A DNA stretch of 63,228 bases, counting the filler, from Octopus bimaculoides (Eukaryota): the NCBI RefSeq assembly GCF_001194135.2. It is 8 parts of 6 records of this genome, joined end to end, with 100 filler letters (N's around TTAATTAATTAA, not from the genome) between each part and the next. Parts side by side here need not be neighbours in the genome. Positions count along the whole stretch, not along the records: positions 61,215 to 63,228 come from NW_026306203.1; 7 more parts are not named here. One strand, 5' to 3'. Each line of letters begins with the position of its first letter. The first letter of the stretch is position 1. A program made the position numbers and the translations under genes. This document shows, piece after piece, positions 61,215-63,228 of this stretch. The notes below the pieces were generated by a model that saw only the letters and a list, made by a program, of their open reading frames with translations, made no database searches and was not told where the DNA came from.

Positions 61215-63228
61215 ATGAGAGGAAGATTTAACTGCAGGCTACATAGAAGTTCTCTCACCAACTAATCTGATCCTTATTTTAAAACTTTTTGTTTGCATAT
61301 TTCTACTGAAATACACTATCTGTGATTGTTTGTTTCAATTAATTTTTTTGAAAATATTGAAGAATTTAGTAAAATATCTGTCATTATTTTTAATAATTTG
61401 GTGTTTGGAACATAGATTAACAGGAAATTTTGATGAAGGATTTTAATTTTCATCCTTTTATAAAGCAGGAAAGTTTGTATCACAGAACCAGAAACATTCT
61501 CAGGTGTATGAGTACCAAAAGAGTTAATTTAATAATCTTTTGATGGCAAACCTTTGCAACAGTATCTTAATAATTTTGTAGTTGTTTGCTGGGAAACAAT
61601 TCAGCTTCTGTTTCTGTTCATTTTAGATTGTATACAAAATTGCTTATGAAAGCAATGAACAGAGCCGGATAGTTAAACTTTCTGTAGTGGCTAACAACAT
61701 CTTAAGTATATTCATATACTTAGCTNNNNNNNNNNNNNNNNNNNNNNNNNNNNNNNNNNNNNNNNNNNNNNNNNNNNNNNNNNNNNNNNNNNNNNNNNNN
61801 NNNNNNNNNNNNNNNNNNNNNNNNNNNNNNNNNNNNNNNNNNNNNNNNNNNNNNNNNNNNNNNNNNNNNNNNNNNNNNNNNNNNNNNNNNNNNNNNNNNN
61901 NNNNNNNNNNNNNNNNNNNNNNNNNNNNNNNNNNNNNNNNNNNNNNNNNNNNNNNNNNNNNNNNNNNNNNNNNNNNNNNNNNNNNNNNNNNNNNNNNNNN
62001 NNNNNNNNNNNNNNNNNNNNNNNNNNNNNNNNNNNNNNNNNNNNNNNNNNNNNNNNNNNNNNNNNNNNNNNNNNNNNNNNNNNNNNNNNNNNNNNNNNNN
62101 NNNNNNNNNNNNNNNNNNNNNNNNNNNNNNNNNNNNNNNNNNNNNNNNNNNNNNNNNNNNNNNNNNNNNNNNNNNNNNNNNNNNNNNNNNNNNNNNNNNN
62201 NNNNNNNNNNNNNNNNNNNNNNNNNNNNNNNNNNNNNNNNNNNNNNNNNNNNNNNNNNNNNNNNNNNNNNNNNNNNNNNNNNNNNNNNNNNNNNNNNNNN
62301 NNNNNNNNNNNNNNNNNNNNNNNNNNNNNNNNNNNNNNNNNNNNNNNNNNNNNNNNNNNNNNNNNNNNNNNNNNNNNNNNNNNNNNNNNNNNNNNNNNNN
62401 NNNNNNNNNNNNNNNNNNNNNNNNNNNNNNNNNNNNNNNNNNNNNNNNNNNNNNNNNNNNNNNNNNNNNNNNNNNNNNNNNNNNNNNNNNNNNNNNNNNN
62501 NNNNNNNNNNNNNNNNNNNNNNNNNNNNNNNNAATTTAGTAAAATAACTTAGTTATCATTAAGCTAGTGTTAGGAATAAGGTTTGGCGGAAGATTTTAAT
62601 TCAAAACTTAAGAACACAAGACATTTGTACTCAGTGCCAAAGCCGGTTTCAGCTGGGTTGGTAACAAAAGGGTCAATNNNNNNNNNNACTCAGTGCCAAA
62701 GCCGGTTTCAGCTGGGTTGGTAACAAAAGGGTCAATGTTTCTTATAGTTCAGCCTACACAAGTTAATCTGTGGTAAACAAAATAGGAATTTTGAAAGAAA
62801 TATCTATGAAACTAGTTTTTAATCATCAAATGGCTGGGGCGGGGGGGGGATCGACCCCCAAAATAATAGTAATCAAGGGGGTCCACAGATAAAAAGTGGT
62901 TGTGGACCACTAATCTACACTTTCTTCCCATCAAATCTTTGAGTGCCAAGGTTACATCCATACTGACCTTTCCAAAGGTGAGTGGATCTTACAATGGATC
63001 ATATAAACAGAATGTTTCTGAGATTCTGATCGGAAATTGGTTATATTTCTCTAGAATTATCTCCCATTTATAGAACTTTAACCCTTTAGCATTTAAACCA
63101 GCCACATCAGGCCAAAATATCCAAACTGTTTCATGTTTAAATCGGTCAGATCCAGTCCCTCACACCTACCCTACTATGCCATTCTAAAAATAAGCAATTA
63201 CATCATCAAAATTTCAAAGCTACAAGAT

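Noticed and set aside
62629-62736. Identical direct repeat of about 49 bp
   Set aside because: It flanks a 10-N gap, so it is an assembly overlap artefact
63078-63228. piggyBac-like MITE start (TTAACCCTTTAGC)
   Set aside because: Only one end is visible before the window edge; no second TIR or TSD to confirm

Overview
AT-rich, microsatellite- and gap-ridden animal genomic DNA. The SINE families and repeat landscape look like an Octopus (coleoid cephalopod) draft assembly; this is inferred from recognising the repeats, not from a database search. The window is not one locus. Seven artificial 100-bp spacers (44 N + TTAATTAATTAA + 44 N) join eight independent scaffolds: 1-4328, 4429-11066, 11167-16000, 16101-21326, 21427-34855, 34956-45108, 45209-61114 and 61215-63228. 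No intact host protein-coding gene is supported, and most ORF-track entries are microsatellite or N-gap artefacts. Real content: (1) an intron-containing, multiply disabled alpha-tubulin pseudogene (25367-27017, +). (2) A near-complete but decayed Penelope-like retroelement (RT, thumb, Cys linker, C-terminal GIY-YIG; 16400-19280, -) with two in-frame poly-Asn (AAT)n tracts, flanked 5' by two inverted repeat pairs carrying minimal hammerhead-ribozyme-like motifs, on a scaffold bounded by (TA)n. (3) Remnants of a second Penelope/Poseidon-type RT, three R4/Dong-like RLE LINEs tied to trinucleotide microsatellites, two RTE LINEs, two Ty3/gypsy pol pieces, a mariner transposase, and Tc1/mariner and hAT MITEs. 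(4) More than 25 copies of three tRNA-derived SINE families showing module swapping and inverted clustering. (5) Several unexplained perfect or near-perfect hairpins, one with pri-miRNA geometry, a further hammerhead candidate, and a 301-bp-period structured direct repeat inside (TA)n. The best candidates for new biology are the Asn-expanded PLE with its ribozyme arms and the small ribozyme/structured units embedded in (TA)n.
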